From NCBI GenBank assembly GCA_036630325.1, contig CP142727.1, forward strand, positions 186,001-250,000: DNA of 64,000 bases, written 5' to 3'. The notes beneath the pieces are model-generated. The model made no database searches. It had not been told where the DNA came from and saw only the letters and a program-made list of their open reading frames with translations. Each line of letters opens with the position of its first letter. Positions within the stretch are counted from its first letter, which is position 1. Origin of the DNA: Vairimorpha necatrix (taxonomy: Eukaryota). Both the position numbers and the translations under genes were made by a program. Below, one piece after another: positions 9,937 through 22,261 of the stretch.

Positions 9937-10835
9937 GGGGAAAAGAAAAAAGAGAAACAAGATTTCAAAATTGAATATGAGATTGTATTTTGTAAATTAT
10001 ATTTAGACAGTGCAATTTAAATCAAATGAAGTGGCTTCATAAGTAACTTATTGGGCTAAAAACTACTTTGGTTGATTTTTGATTAGGCCTCAGATCAAAG
10101 TTAAACTTTCACTCTATTAATTTTCATTTTTTTCTTTAAAAATATTGAAGCAAATTTTCTGTAAAAGCCATGCAGAGCATCACTGCTTTAATAAATAGAG
10201 CTTGTGTGTGAAATCTCTAAAAAATAAATATTTTCATTTTAAGAGTTTGTTCTCTTAATTTTTATTTATGCAGAAAATATAAATTTTAAAAAAAATTAAA
10301 AATTATTTATGCGCATTTTAAAATAAAATAAAACATTTTTAAATTTACTATGTAAAATATATGATAACCAGCATATTCGCTTTATAAAAATATATAATAA
10401 TTTTTGAACATTTCTTATATTCTAAAAATTCATTTAATATTAATTTTATGCTCATAATTTTCAATTAAAATTGAAAATTTACCATATCCGGAAACAAATC
10501 AAAAAAGAACAAAACACTATTTTTTAATATATCAAAATATTTATGAAAAAACACTCTCTATTATTAAAAACAGAATTTGATTTTATATTTCATAAATGTC
10601 AAAAAAGTCAAATTATATTAAAATCATTTAAAAACAAAATAAAAAACAAAATTCTGATACTTTAGATTAAAGTATAATTAATAAAGTGACCAATCAAACG
10701 TGTCAATTAATTGATTTTTCTGACATGAACCATGAAAGAATTGGGATTTGTGTTTGTTTCCTGTATTTCGAAATTGTTTGTTTTTGTAAACAAATTAAAT
10801 TTTTAATATAAAAAAAAATAATTTTCTACCCATAT

Positions 10836-11594
10836 ATGAATCTGTATTTTCCATTTTCTCTATTTATGCTTCTATCTCTAGCTTTTCGTACTACAAACAC
10901 TAATGAAAATGATTCTGGTTGGGTCGTGAATATAGTCAACTTTACAAAAAAGCATGTAGATCATATCCATGACTTTTTAATTAATTTAAAAAATAATAAA
11001 TTTAGTAAGGAAGATATTATAGTAAAACTTGATCAATTAAGGGATAAATACCCACATGAATCATGGACTGCTGTTAAAGTGGCCATTTTGTCATGTTATG
11101 ATATTTTAAATACACCAGCTAGCGTGTATATGGATGGTAAAATTGTTGAAAAAATTGTGCAAAATAACAAACAGGAAAAGGTTAAAACAGAAAATAATTT
11201 GGAATCTGTAATTCCAAATGAAGAGAGGGACGCCTTATCCGCTAAAATTATCATGGGGAATTTTGCTGGCGTCCCTAAGAATCTGCTCATTGAAGATGAT
11301 TTTATAAACTACTTGTTAGATCGATATACTCTTGTAGATATCGATCAATACAACAACATAAGCAAGTTTTTACACCTTGTAAAAGACAACAAGGTGTATG
11401 CTTATGAAGAAAAGGTGATAAGAGAATGGCCATCGAACTCAGTAATACTCGGTACCACTAAAGGGTGGGAAAACGTACTAATTGAGATGATCGTAATATT
11501 AATAAATAGAGATAAGGAGACTTATGCCTTTGTAAAAGAGGTATTGAAACTTTTTGATGATTATTTTAAGAACCGGGAAAAGAATAACTTATAA
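10836..11594 (+). CDS. hypothetical secreted protein, 252 aa
   Basis: Long ORF, hydrophobic N-terminal signal-like segment, CCC motif upstream. Confidence 0.8.
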   Translation: MNLYFPFSLFMLLSLAFRTTNTNENDSGWVVNIVNFTKKHVDHIHDFLINLKNNKFSKEDIIVKLDQLRDKYPHESWTAVKVAILSCYDILNTPASVYMDGKIVEKIVQNNKQEKVKTENNLESVIPNEERDALSAKIIMGNFAGVPKNLLIEDDFINYLLDRYTLVDIDQYNNISKFLHLVKDNKVYAYEEKVIREWPSNSVILGTTKGWENVLIEMIVILINRDKETYAFVKEVLKLFDDYFKNREKNNL

Positions 11595-11971
11595 AACACA
11601 ATAAAAAAATTCTTGTATGTCTTTTTTTGTAATACTATAAATAACTAATTTAAAAAGTCATATAATATTTATTTAATGTCATTGGACCATTATTTTATAT
11701 CATAATTATGTAAATATAAATTGTTATTTAATGTAATTGTACCATTTCATTATTTTTTATCATTATTAAGAAGTTATATGTACGTTTTTAATGTTTTGTA
11801 CGCCTTATATTAGATCCCAAGATACTTATATGTAAGTGATACAGTAAGTATTTTAAATTTTTTAGAAAAATTCGTCATAAAGAAATCACTTTAATATTCA
11901 TTTATTAGGTAAAAATTAGATCTAACTAATAAAATATTATCATATATTATATTGACCTTTACTTATTTAAT

Positions 11972-13822
11972 TTATTTTGTTAATTTTATTCTGATATTTG
12001 GAATATAATAAACTTTGAAAAATATAATAGTCGACATAATTAGAGAACACATAACACTAAAAAGTAAACTCAATGTTATGCAATCTGACCAATCTCCGAA
12101 ATCCTTATAAATAATTAATAACTTTTTTCCTTCATTATATCCCAACTCCATTGTTTTATTTTTCATTATATTACCTAACAAATTTAAAATATTTTTTTGA
12201 TTTTCAAATCTATCCGATAAATTAAAACATCTAGAATTCATAAACAACTTGTATAAATGTAAAGGATTAATAATAAATAAATAACCAAATATACCATAAT
12301 CAACAGAATTTGAATCTTTTACATAATCAATATAATTTTCAAACTCATTTAAAATTAAGAAAATTAAAAAATTCCAAAACGAAAAAAATGTAAAAATTGA
12401 CGATATGGTTTGTAAAATAGCAAAACAAACAATAAAAAATAATGAGAAACATAATATTGAAGGATACAATAATATGTTTCTATATAAAATACATAGAAAA
12501 AATAATTGGAAAATAAAAATTCCAAAATTTTTAACGAAATTGTAAAAAAATAAAGAATAAAAATATGTTCCGAAATTGTATCTATTATTGAGATATTCTT
12601 GATAGAAATTATCACTGTTCCATTCGCCAAGGTAACTTGTAAATATTCCTGCGTATAAATAAAAACTGAAAATGTAAGTCGTAATTAAATAACTCAATAA
12701 GAAAATATCGTAATATGAACAACTGTTTAAATCTTCTGAGATTGAAATTTCAAAAGTTTTTATACTGTAAAATATGTGACCCAAAATATTCAATAGTGGA
12801 ATAAACACCAATATGAACACATAAAAGAATTGTTTAGTTGATCCATCTTCGTCTAATAGCATTTTGACAGTTTGTTTCGATAAATTAAAAATATCTGACA
12901 TATTAGATTTCCAACTTAAAGTCTTAATATTATTACAGATCGTTGGTTTTGCGTCTTTACTTTTATTGTTTTCTATTATTTTTTCTACAAAATCTTTATA
13001 CTTCTCTCCTTCCTTTAAAGTTATTTTTTCTGATAATAAAACACTTAAAAATTCTGGAATTGATAGTTTGTCATCTTTTTCAAATTTTTTTTCTTCTAAA
13101 AAATTTTCCAATTCTTTGTTAGAACCATTATAAAATAATCCCTTTTTTGTCAATATTATCAAATCATCCAAATAATTAAACAGACAATCTTTATTTTGAT
13201 AATCGCTTACAATAACGATAGAATTGTTTTCTTGCGCGTATCTTTTTAATATATGATAAATTTCTAATGCATTTTTTGAATCAAGACCTACTGCAGGTTC
13301 TTCAATAATTAAAACTTCAGGATTATTAATAAAAGATATTGCGATATTTGCTTTTTGATATTCGGCAAATGTCAATTTTCGCATAAAAACATCTTTTTTA
13401 TGAAAAATTTTACATTTTTTTAAAATTTCTACAATTTTTTTATCTTTATTTGTATGACTTAGATTTTTATTAAATGATATATAAAACATTAAAACTTCGT
13501 AGATTGTAAAATGAGGATAATAAATACTTTCACTCGGCACAAAATGCACGATTTTTTTCCATTCTTCAACATTTCTTTCTTTGCCGTTGTAAAAAATTTC
13601 TCCGTATGTTTTTGATTCTTCTTTAATAAAACCGACCAATATTTTTAATAAGTCATTTTGGCCACAGTTTTTATTGCCTACTACGCCTGTCAGTCTACCA
13701 GATTTGATTGTGCCGGCAATAAAATCTAATTTTTTATCATATTCTTTGGGGTTTTTTGTATTTTTTAATATTTTCTCATAGTAAACATTTTTAAACTCTA
13801 TTTCTTTTATCTTAGAATTCAT
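11972..13822 (-). CDS. ABCG/White-type half transporter with degenerate ATPase motifs
   Basis: NBD-TMD topology; SGRLTGVVG, Q-loop region VPSE, LIIEEPAVGLDS; ~6 TM segments; CCCC upstream. Confidence 0.85.
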   Translation of the reverse strand: MNSKIKEIEFKNVYYEKILKNTKNPKEYDKKLDFIAGTIKSGRLTGVVGNKNCGQNDLLKILVGFIKEESKTYGEIFYNGKERNVEEWKKIVHFVPSESIYYPHFTIYEVLMFYISFNKNLSHTNKDKKIVEILKKCKIFHKKDVFMRKLTFAEYQKANIAISFINNPEVLIIEEPAVGLDSKNALEIYHILKRYAQENNSIVIVSDYQNKDCLFNYLDDLIILTKKGLFYNGSNKELENFLEEKKFEKDDKLSIPEFLSVLLSEKITLKEGEKYKDFVEKIIENNKSKDAKPTICNNIKTLSWKSNMSDIFNLSKQTVKMLLDEDGSTKQFFYVFILVFIPLLNILGHIFYSIKTFEISISEDLNSCSYYDIFLLSYLITTYIFSFYLYAGIFTSYLGEWNSDNFYQEYLNNRYNFGTYFYSLFFYNFVKNFGIFIFQLFFLCILYRNILLYPSILCFSLFFIVCFAILQTISSIFTFFSFWNFLIFLILNEFENYIDYVKDSNSVDYGIFGYLFIINPLHLYKLFMNSRCFNLSDRFENQKNILNLLGNIMKNKTMELGYNEGKKLLIIYKDFGDWSDCITLSLLFSVMCSLIMSTIIFFKVYYIPNIRIKLTK

Positions 13823-14534
13823 AGGGGTATGCTTTTGATTTTATTATTATATTTTATCTAAATGGTAAAAATAATTTGTATTTCAAATTGCATTGTTCTA
13901 TTGATTTGCGCGTTAGATGGTTTTTTTCATGTACTATATTTACAGTTAACGAATAAATAAATTAATAACGGTCAATAATTTAAAATTTATTCCCCTTTTT
14001 CTATTCCAGGAGGATATTTCAAATCTTTCGATTTTGATTTTCTAGCCCCTTAGTTTAGAATTATTTTAGTTTACCCAAGGGGAAAGATGCTTAACTACTT
14101 ATTAATTAAAAATAAAATTAATCAAAAGAAGGAAGATACGTCAACAAAACATTTATTAGTTATCTTTAAGGACGCATCTGTAATTTACATATTATAATAA
14201 AGTAGATGTTATGTCCATAATTTAACAATTTTTAAAAAATAGAAGAGATTGTTAGTATTAGAGGAGAATAAATTTTCATGAACTATAAATTTAAAGTTAT
14301 GTACAAGTTAACACTAAATACGAAGAATGAACAAAGACAGAATAAAAATAAATAACCTCAAGATTTATGTTTTTATGTTCTAATTTTTCTTATATTTTTA
14401 CTAGCACAAATTTATATAAATTTTTACTTTTTTTAAAAAAAGATACAGTTGTTAAAATTGAACAATGCTCTGTTTTTATTATTTTCCTGTATATTTTTTC
14501 TCTGATTATTTTCTTAAAATTTTACCCCTTAAAA

Positions 14535-14954
14535 ATGTTAGCTGGTAGAAAGACGAAATCAAGTCTAAGAAAAAAACAAAGAAAAGCTCTTTTTACTGCT
14601 GTCGGTAAAGATAGACTAAAAAGAATGAGCAGTCATCTTTCTGAAGAATTAAGAAGCCAATACGGCTTTAGATCATTCCCAGTAGCTGTAGGTGACATTG
14701 TTAAAGTACATTCTGGACCATACAAAGGCAAGGAAGGACAAATCTTGGAAGTTTTTCTTAAAGATTATAGAATTACAGTTGAAGGATGTTTAGAAGAAAA
14801 TGAAGAGAAAGAGAATGTTCCTGCCAAATTACATCCATGTAATGTTACTTTTGTGAAATTTAATATGGACAATGGAAGAGAAAAGCAATTAGAAGAAAAG
14901 AAGATTGCTAGAGTTCAACATATTGAAAGAGAACAGAAGAAGAAAGTTCAATAA
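14535..14954 (+). CDS. RPL26: 60S ribosomal protein L26 (uL24)
   Basis: [11 protein letters not shown]...[25 protein letters not shown]; start at the ATG after CCCC. Confidence 0.95.
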
Positions 14955-15182
14955 ATTATTTTAAAGAAATTATTTTTTAGAAACTATGTTTTATGTGTCA
15001 TTCTTAATTTTAATAATTTTTATTGTGTTAAAAAATACATGATATTTCTGCAAGTATTACTTGGAAATTAAAAAATTTTAAAATTTTTTTTTTGACAATT
15101 TTGCATTAAGTCTCAGCAGCACATTGAAATGGCACACGCTCTTAGTTATAAATATTCTTTAAGAAATAATATTTTCCCCCTC

Positions 15183-15818
15183 ATGAAGCCAGGATGCAGT
15201 GTCTTTGTTGGGAACATAGACTTCGAAGTCCCAGTAGACAAACTTATTGATGAATTGGGCGCTGTAGGGAAAGTAGTGGATTTTAAGTTGATGGTCGACA
15301 AAAACACAAACAAATCTAAAGGATTTGGATTTTGTGAATATGAATCTCCTCTTATAGCAGAAAAGGCCATTAAACAATTAAACATCTCATTTAATAACAG
15401 ACCGGTTGTAATTAATTACGCCGAAAAAGATGGTCCAACAGAGCAAAAAGAAGAAACAGGAACTTTAGATATAAACAATATCATCAATGTACTCAATAAT
15501 ATGGACGCGGATAACTTAAAAGAAGTAATTTTGTATTTAAAAAATTTGTCAATATCCCAGCCTACATATTTTAAAGAACTACTTAGCAAAAACCCAGAAC
15601 TTGTTTACGCACTGGTCTACTCACTAAAACTACTTAAACTTGTAGATGATTCATTAATCAAAGATTTTATTAAGCAAAGTTTTAAGATTAAAGACAACAA
15701 ATTACAAATATTAGAAAGAATCAGAAGTATAAACGACGACGAACTTCAAACATTCCCTGATGATGTAAAGGAAAAAATACTCTACTTGCGCAATAGTTTA
15801 TTTAGAAAAAAAGAATAA
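15183..15818 (+). CDS. RNA15: cleavage stimulation factor CstF-64/Rna15 (RRM + hinge)
   Basis: VFVGNI, SKGFGFCEY, LLSKNPELVYAL hinge, C-terminal helix; CCCCCTC before ATG. Confidence 0.85.
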   Translation: MKPGCSVFVGNIDFEVPVDKLIDELGAVGKVVDFKLMVDKNTNKSKGFGFCEYESPLIAEKAIKQLNISFNNRPVVINYAEKDGPTEQKEETGTLDINNIINVLNNMDADNLKEVILYLKNLSISQPTYFKELLSKNPELVYALVYSLKLLKLVDDSLIKDFIKQSFKIKDNKLQILERIRSINDDELQTFPDDVKEKILYLRNSLFRKKE

Positions 15819-16705
15819 ATTTATTTGTTGTACAATATATTATAATAGTTGCTCTTTTAGAGAAATCTCCACCTTTTATTACTTTAATTATTTTTTAAAA
15901 TTTTAAGGTATACTATAAAACTCATAGGTTGTATTTTTTTGCAAAAAATTAAAATATCAAATTTACAACGATCTTGTTCACTTAAATATGTTTAAATTTT
16001 TAGACGTGTATAATTGAATCAAAACAATATATAAAGTTGTAATTACTATAAATGTTCTTAAATGCTACGCTATTCTATAGAGAAACCTATCAAACAAATT
16101 TTTGGTAAAAATGCTAGCTATACGTGTCAAATGTCTAAAAAAGTTCGTCAAGGTCTTATTGTATTTTGTCAGTTGTCAATTAAGCTATGTGACTATAAGT
16201 AGGATGAATACTTGAGATATCAACTAAATTTGTAATTATATATAAAAACTTGCGAAAAAATCTACAAGCAGAACATCTGAAAGCGGACTCTATTTTGATG
16301 ATGACTGTAATAGTCAACTAAGTTCATATGCATTTTTCGTCAATAATTCAGAGAAACAACATATTTCTGGGTAATACAATTTATAAGCTGTGTAAAGTCA
16401 CAAAATTGTACAAAAGAATCTTAAGCTTCAACATAATGTTTGTTTGAGCGCGGGCTTAGATGATATTCTGAAAAGGTTTTTTGTCTAATTCTATAATGAT
16501 ACAATCGTAATAAACTCAAAAGCAGTAAATTAACAGAAAACAACGATGGTTCTTATAATATTATTAATAACGGTATATTTCAAGAATTAAAATTATTGGT
16601 AAAAATTAATTAATAAATTTTTTATCGATTTGAAATTATAGGCTTTGATAAGTAAAAAAAACTAAATCAATTTATTTCTTCAATAATAACTGATGTAGTA
16701 GTATT

Positions 16706-18004
16706 TTAGAATGCATTTTCTTCTAAGCCAGGGCTTGTTACGAATAGACTTGATATTGCATTATAACTTCCATAACACATATATAATGCACTCATTGTCA
16801 TTATTATTGTTGACAAAATTTTTTTAAAAGGTGCTTTATTTTCTCCATATAAAATATATAATAAAGAAGGCAGAAAAAATGCAATGTAATTTGCTGCCGT
16901 AGGTCCAAGCATCATATAAATAAAGTCTAAAGACATGTTAGGTATAAGATTAATTGATGTTGCTAAGGCCACTAGAGAAGCGACTATAAGTCCATGGAAA
17001 GATGTCGAGTCTCTGTATTTTACTGGTAATAATTCCTTGCAAAAATTTAAAGTAGGTGCGAAGGTCATAGGGAAGCTTGCTAATATTATAATCATTCCAC
17101 AAATGCCTTGGTATTTCAGTAAATATCTTAATACGCTCGAATAAATGGGATTAATTGAAGTGTTATTAATAAGATATTGATTTAAAGGCAAATTGTCGTC
17201 AAGAAAAACTCTCATAAGATCATTTAGCCCGATATAAGACCCCATAAGCCTGTATCCTAAAAATCCAGCCGAGCCATAAATCAGAAATCCTGAAAGTCCC
17301 AGTATTGATGAAATAATAATTAAATTTTTCTTACTCTGATTTTCCAATGAAGTAAATAAAATTGGAACACTGGCTTGCACAAACATTGACATTACAAACA
17401 ATGATAAACTGTATGTGTAATTAATTTCCCGACATGTTTCTACTGGAATTTTGTAAATAAAATCTTTTAAGCTAAGATTCAATATTGATAAAACAGCAAT
17501 AAGAGAGCACACACAAAATACACCGGCTTTTGACACAATCTTTAATTTATCTGTGTTTTTAATCATTCCCAATCCAAAAAATGACATAGCAAGAACTGAT
17601 AAAATCGCCACTTTGGCAGTTGAAAAAATTGAACTTGATTGTTCAGGAAAATATTGAGAAATTTGAATAAAAATAAGTTCTCGTAAATAGTTTTGGAATC
17701 CAACTGTAGTGGAAAATGAGGCTGCAACTAGTGCGGTTTTTACTGTAGGCGAAAGAATCGATTTTTTATTGTCAGTTATAGCAGAATAAGTAATAGGGCC
17801 ATCAGTACGCGTTTGATTTGTTTTCTTGCAACATCTGAGCAAATTATATACTGTAAATCCCGTTATACAAGCTACTATAAATAAAAAACCAAATGCAAAT
17901 AAATAACCAGATTTATTAAAAGCAGCTGGCATATAGTTAATACCAGATCCTAACATAGAACTGATTAAATAACATATTGCTGATTTAGTATCGAAATTTG
18001 GCAT
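16706..18004 (-). CDS. amino acid transporter (AAAP/Aa_trans family)
   Basis: MLGSGINYMPAAFNKSG motif, ~11 hydrophobic segments. Confidence 0.85.
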   Translation of the reverse strand: MPNFDTKSAICYLISSMLGSGINYMPAAFNKSGYLFAFGFLFIVACITGFTVYNLLRCCKKTNQTRTDGPITYSAITDNKKSILSPTVKTALVAASFSTTVGFQNYLRELIFIQISQYFPEQSSSIFSTAKVAILSVLAMSFFGLGMIKNTDKLKIVSKAGVFCVCSLIAVLSILNLSLKDFIYKIPVETCREINYTYSLSLFVMSMFVQASVPILFTSLENQSKKNLIIISSILGLSGFLIYGSAGFLGYRLMGSYIGLNDLMRVFLDDNLPLNQYLINNTSINPIYSSVLRYLLKYQGICGMIIILASFPMTFAPTLNFCKELLPVKYRDSTSFHGLIVASLVALATSINLIPNMSLDFIYMMLGPTAANYIAFFLPSLLYILYGENKAPFKKILSTIIMTMSALYMCYGSYNAISSLFVTSPGLEENAF

Positions 18005-20783
18005 CTTATAGGCCCTTGTAAAAAAAATTTATTTATACTTGTAAAAAAAAATTAATTTAGATACAATAATTAATTTAAGAAAAAAAATGGTATTGATGAA
18101 ATAATTAGTACAATACATTTTTGTTTTTTTTGACAGCTCGTTTAAAAATCTGCTATAACAAATTGACAGTTTATTTGATTAATTATGCTTAAAAAAAATA
18201 TAAAAAATATTTATTTTACAAAAGCCGAATATATAAATAATTAACAACTATCTATGCAATGTTTTTACTTTTTAATTTTAAGTAAAGACTTATTTTTTCA
18301 TGTAAATAACTCAAGTATTACTTTTACATGACATCCTTCATATACCTCTTACATTAAAGTAGGACCCGACCCCTGGCTAATTCTCCCTTAATTACAGCCG
18401 CGTATGGAAGTCAGCCTTCGTCCACATTGACAAAAAATAAATAATTATAAATGTCTATTCGAGTGTAAAATGTCTATATATGGAAAGCTTGCGGAAATAA
18501 CTTTCTCTCCAAATATGATAAGTTTTACACTTCTTAAAAATAAAACATAAAAAAATTTAAGCCCTGCATGGAGCCACGAAAAACACAAAAATCGGTAAAC
18601 ATTATAAGAATATATATTTTGGCTTAATTATAACTTTATCCTCTCCCTCTTACCAATATAAATTTAGTTTTAAATTTTAAACCTGTTTTGAAAGTCGAAG
18701 CGATAGAGCGCAAGAGAACAAATTTAAAATTTTCATAGCTAGAAAATATTCGCATTAAGATCTAATTTGAGTTCTTTATAAAAGAACAATATCAAAAACC
18801 CTTTTTAATAATGTATTTATGAAAACTATGTGTTTTATAGATTTCTAAATTTGTAAAATTATTTTAATTTTTACTCTTTTGACATTACATTTGTTTTTTG
18901 TTATTGTTAAACATGTTTTTAAATAATTTTTTGTGTTTTAAACAGATTCTAGGGTTGTTTATCATATATTTAAGTATATATGTATTAATTTGATTTTTTA
19001 GTGCTGCATTGTTTTTTATAGTCAAACTAAGTCGTGATATTTATTTTTATGCTCTTTAAAGTATTCTTAATCTTATATAACATCAATATAATAAGATATG
19101 CGTTTTTTATAAAAAAAAAAAATTTTATATATTGTTTTATTCTAAAAAATTTGATTTAACGATGTAATTACTTTATGTAATGTTGTTTGTATGAAGATAG
19201 ATCTAGACTTATCTTTATTATACACTGCACTGTATTATAAAAATAAGTATTAATTTATAAGCGAATGAGGGAAATACATAAAAAATTAAAAAAAAAAAAT
19301 TTTCTATTTTTTGTAATTATGTTATTTTCTAAATACTTTGTTTTTTTTGCCCCTCCCCATTTTTCCGCTTCCACCTTTGAAAAACGGGGATTAAAAATTC
19401 GCTAATTATGCTGATAGGTGGAGGCTAAAGTAAAAATGCTTTGAATTTTAGTTGAGCCGAGCAACAAGAGAAGCATTTCGCCTTAACCCTCCGTTTCAGG
19501 TGTGAATTAAATCTAAATTAAATAATTGAGATTTTTGTCTAAGATACAATACAATGAAAAATATTATAATTGGTGTAGAACAAGAGCGATTTTAATTATA
19601 AAAGTTAGTATTTTTTTAAAATATTAATTTAATGCTCTGTATAGTGTCCTTAAATTGGTTTCATGGGATGAGAGTCAATGCTTTTCTTAAATTAGAGACT
19701 TCTTAAATTTTTAATATTAATTGTTAGACATATATAAGTTAAGGGGTATTTATTTATAAAATTTATCTTTGGATATTCAATTCACAACATTAATAAAAAA
19801 AATCAATTATATAGAATCCAAAAATTTATGCATAATTAAAAATTATGTAATTTTTTTAACGCACTGCCCAAATTTAATATATCAACATTTTTTTGTTTTT
19901 TTTTCTTATCTATGTTGCTTTTTAGTAAATTATAATGTAGTTAGTTATTCTTTAAAGAAATATATTTAATTGTATTAAATGGTAAATTTATTCATATTGT
20001 CAAAAAAAAGTCCTATAAAAGTAAATTTATAAATTTTTATTTATTGGCTCTACAGCTAAATGTTCACTTAATATATTACCGACTTCTAGAAGAAACAACC
20101 CCAAAATAGAATATAACAATGTTTTGTTGAATTTCTATATGTTGATTAAATCGGCTGAAATTGTTTTAGTTGACATTACATGTATGTTTCAAGATATTAA
20201 CAGATTGTTATCATAAAGGATCACTTATTATTATTAATTATATCAAATACTGAAACTGCCCAAGGAAATAGTTAAAGAAGATGTTATTTTATATTTTTCG
20301 TATTTTCTTTTTTCATAAAGAACATGTGTAGTATAGATACAAGCGTTTTTTAAAAATATCTTAATATGACACAACCCCTTTTATACTTTTCAGATAAATT
20401 AAATTGCGAGCATTAATAATACAAAAGAACAACAACTCTTTAATGCCTTTCCTATATATCTATCAATTCGTGCAATAATTACCTAATGGAAATATTACGC
20501 ATATTTTTTTTGCATTACTCAATAATATGAAAAGTTAATTTATAATCAAAAAAATAAACTTGTTAAGGATGTCAAAAATAAATAATATAATTATTTTAAC
20601 ATTAAAATTTTTTTCCATTGGTAACATAAAAAAAATATATCTTTTAAAAAGTAAAAAACTGAAAATAAGTTATTAATTAATAATTCCGGCATTATGTATG
20701 ATAAAATAAATAGTTATAACCGTTAATATAGCTCACATTATTTAGTGCATTTATTTTTTAAAAAAATGAATAGAAATTTTTAT

Positions 20784-22261
20784 TTAAATTCTCTTTTTGT
20801 GTTGACTTGTTCTTGTTGCTATTAATACTCCCAGAATGATAAATCCAATTGCAAGTATGTAATATTTCTTGTAAGAATGAATTACAGGATATAACGGCAA
20901 TGAACCATGTTCATACATCTGTAATACTTTCATAGCAGATTTAGTGAAATTTTCCTTGGTAAGTGGAATCTTTGTGTGTCTAAATTGCTTATTTATAGGA
21001 TCATAAATAACTAAGGTAGGAGTTTCCATGTTCGGTAATAAAGACGGGACAAAGTTTTCATATTCATTTGTATTTAAAGCAGCGAAGAGCAAATTTACGA
21101 AAGGAGAACCTAAATGCCTATCAGCTGAAAAATCATTGAATTCTTTGATAAATTGCTCATCTTTTGTCAATAAGATCAAGGCAGGTTTAAATCCATTGAA
21201 AATGGAACTAAATGTAGAACTTTTGATCTCAGTAACGTAGCTGAAATGAGTATGGAAAAGCCAGGCCGATAGTTCATTTTCATCATTAATATTACCTTTA
21301 TATTCATAAAATCTGCCGTTTTTATAAACTCCCAGTTTGACCATATCAGAATCTTCTGCGTTAGCTTTTTCATCTTTAGATGACGGAAATATAGAGGCCA
21401 TTGCAAATAACATCTTATCATTTGTGTGATAAATCTTTGTTTTAAACTTGTACTTGTGTGCATGTTCTGCGAAGTATTGATTTGCTTTACTTTGATCAGT
21501 ATGGAATACTAAATATAATGGCTCGCCGTGATCGAGTAGTTGTATTGCCTGTTTGAATTCGGATACATTTAATTTTTTGAAGCTTTGTTCAATTAACTTG
21601 TCTGAGAATTTAGATAATTCATTTAAGTTTACTGACTCCAGGAATGGTACCATTAAACCGTTAAAGAATCCGTAAATAGCTGGATAACTTTGGAGGTTGT
21701 ACTGATGTACAAGATCTTTAGATTGAGCATATGATATTTTTCCGAAATTAATTTTACTTTCATAAATCTTTTGTAGTTCTAACATTATCGACTCGAATTT
21801 TGTTGACTCTTTGTAATAGAAATAAACAATCCATGGACCATCCAATCCTTGATACATGTCCGAATCTGTAAGTTCGAGTAGTTCTTTGGGCTTACTTTCA
21901 ATATGATCAGCGAAAATTGCTTTATCCAAATCAGTATGAGATGTTAAAAACTCTCCTATTTCCTTATACGACTTATATCCAGTAAATCTGCCGACCTCGC
22001 TCCCGTTATTTCTTAAGATGACTGTGGGGAAGAAGTTATTTCTTCTTTATTAAAATCGCATTCATTGCAATCAATTTTCTGAATGGTAATATCATAACCA
22101 TGTCTGTCCAGTGTATTGTCAATTTCACTTAGAACAGGTTCGAGCTTCTGACATGCTGGGCACCATTTCTGATAATAATCTGTAAGTACCAAACCATTGG
22201 GTTGTACGCCACATTCTTCTAAGACTACCTGCATAGTTAGACCAAGTACGACCAACAACAT
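20784..22261 (-). CDS. membrane-anchored PDI/thioredoxin-domain protein, split by a 1-nt frameshift near 22030
   Basis: Signal peptide + WCPAC; adding one base joins ITSFPTVILRNNGSEVGRFTG in frame to the 381-aa ORF; further thioredoxin-like folds, C-terminal TM and KKxx (KKRI). Confidence 0.8.

Noticed and set aside
14367..14534. Long N-terminal extensions of RPL26 (also RPB6, RNA15 and 9960)
   Set aside because: AT-rich promoter sequence; the CCC motif and protein family length support the downstream ATGs
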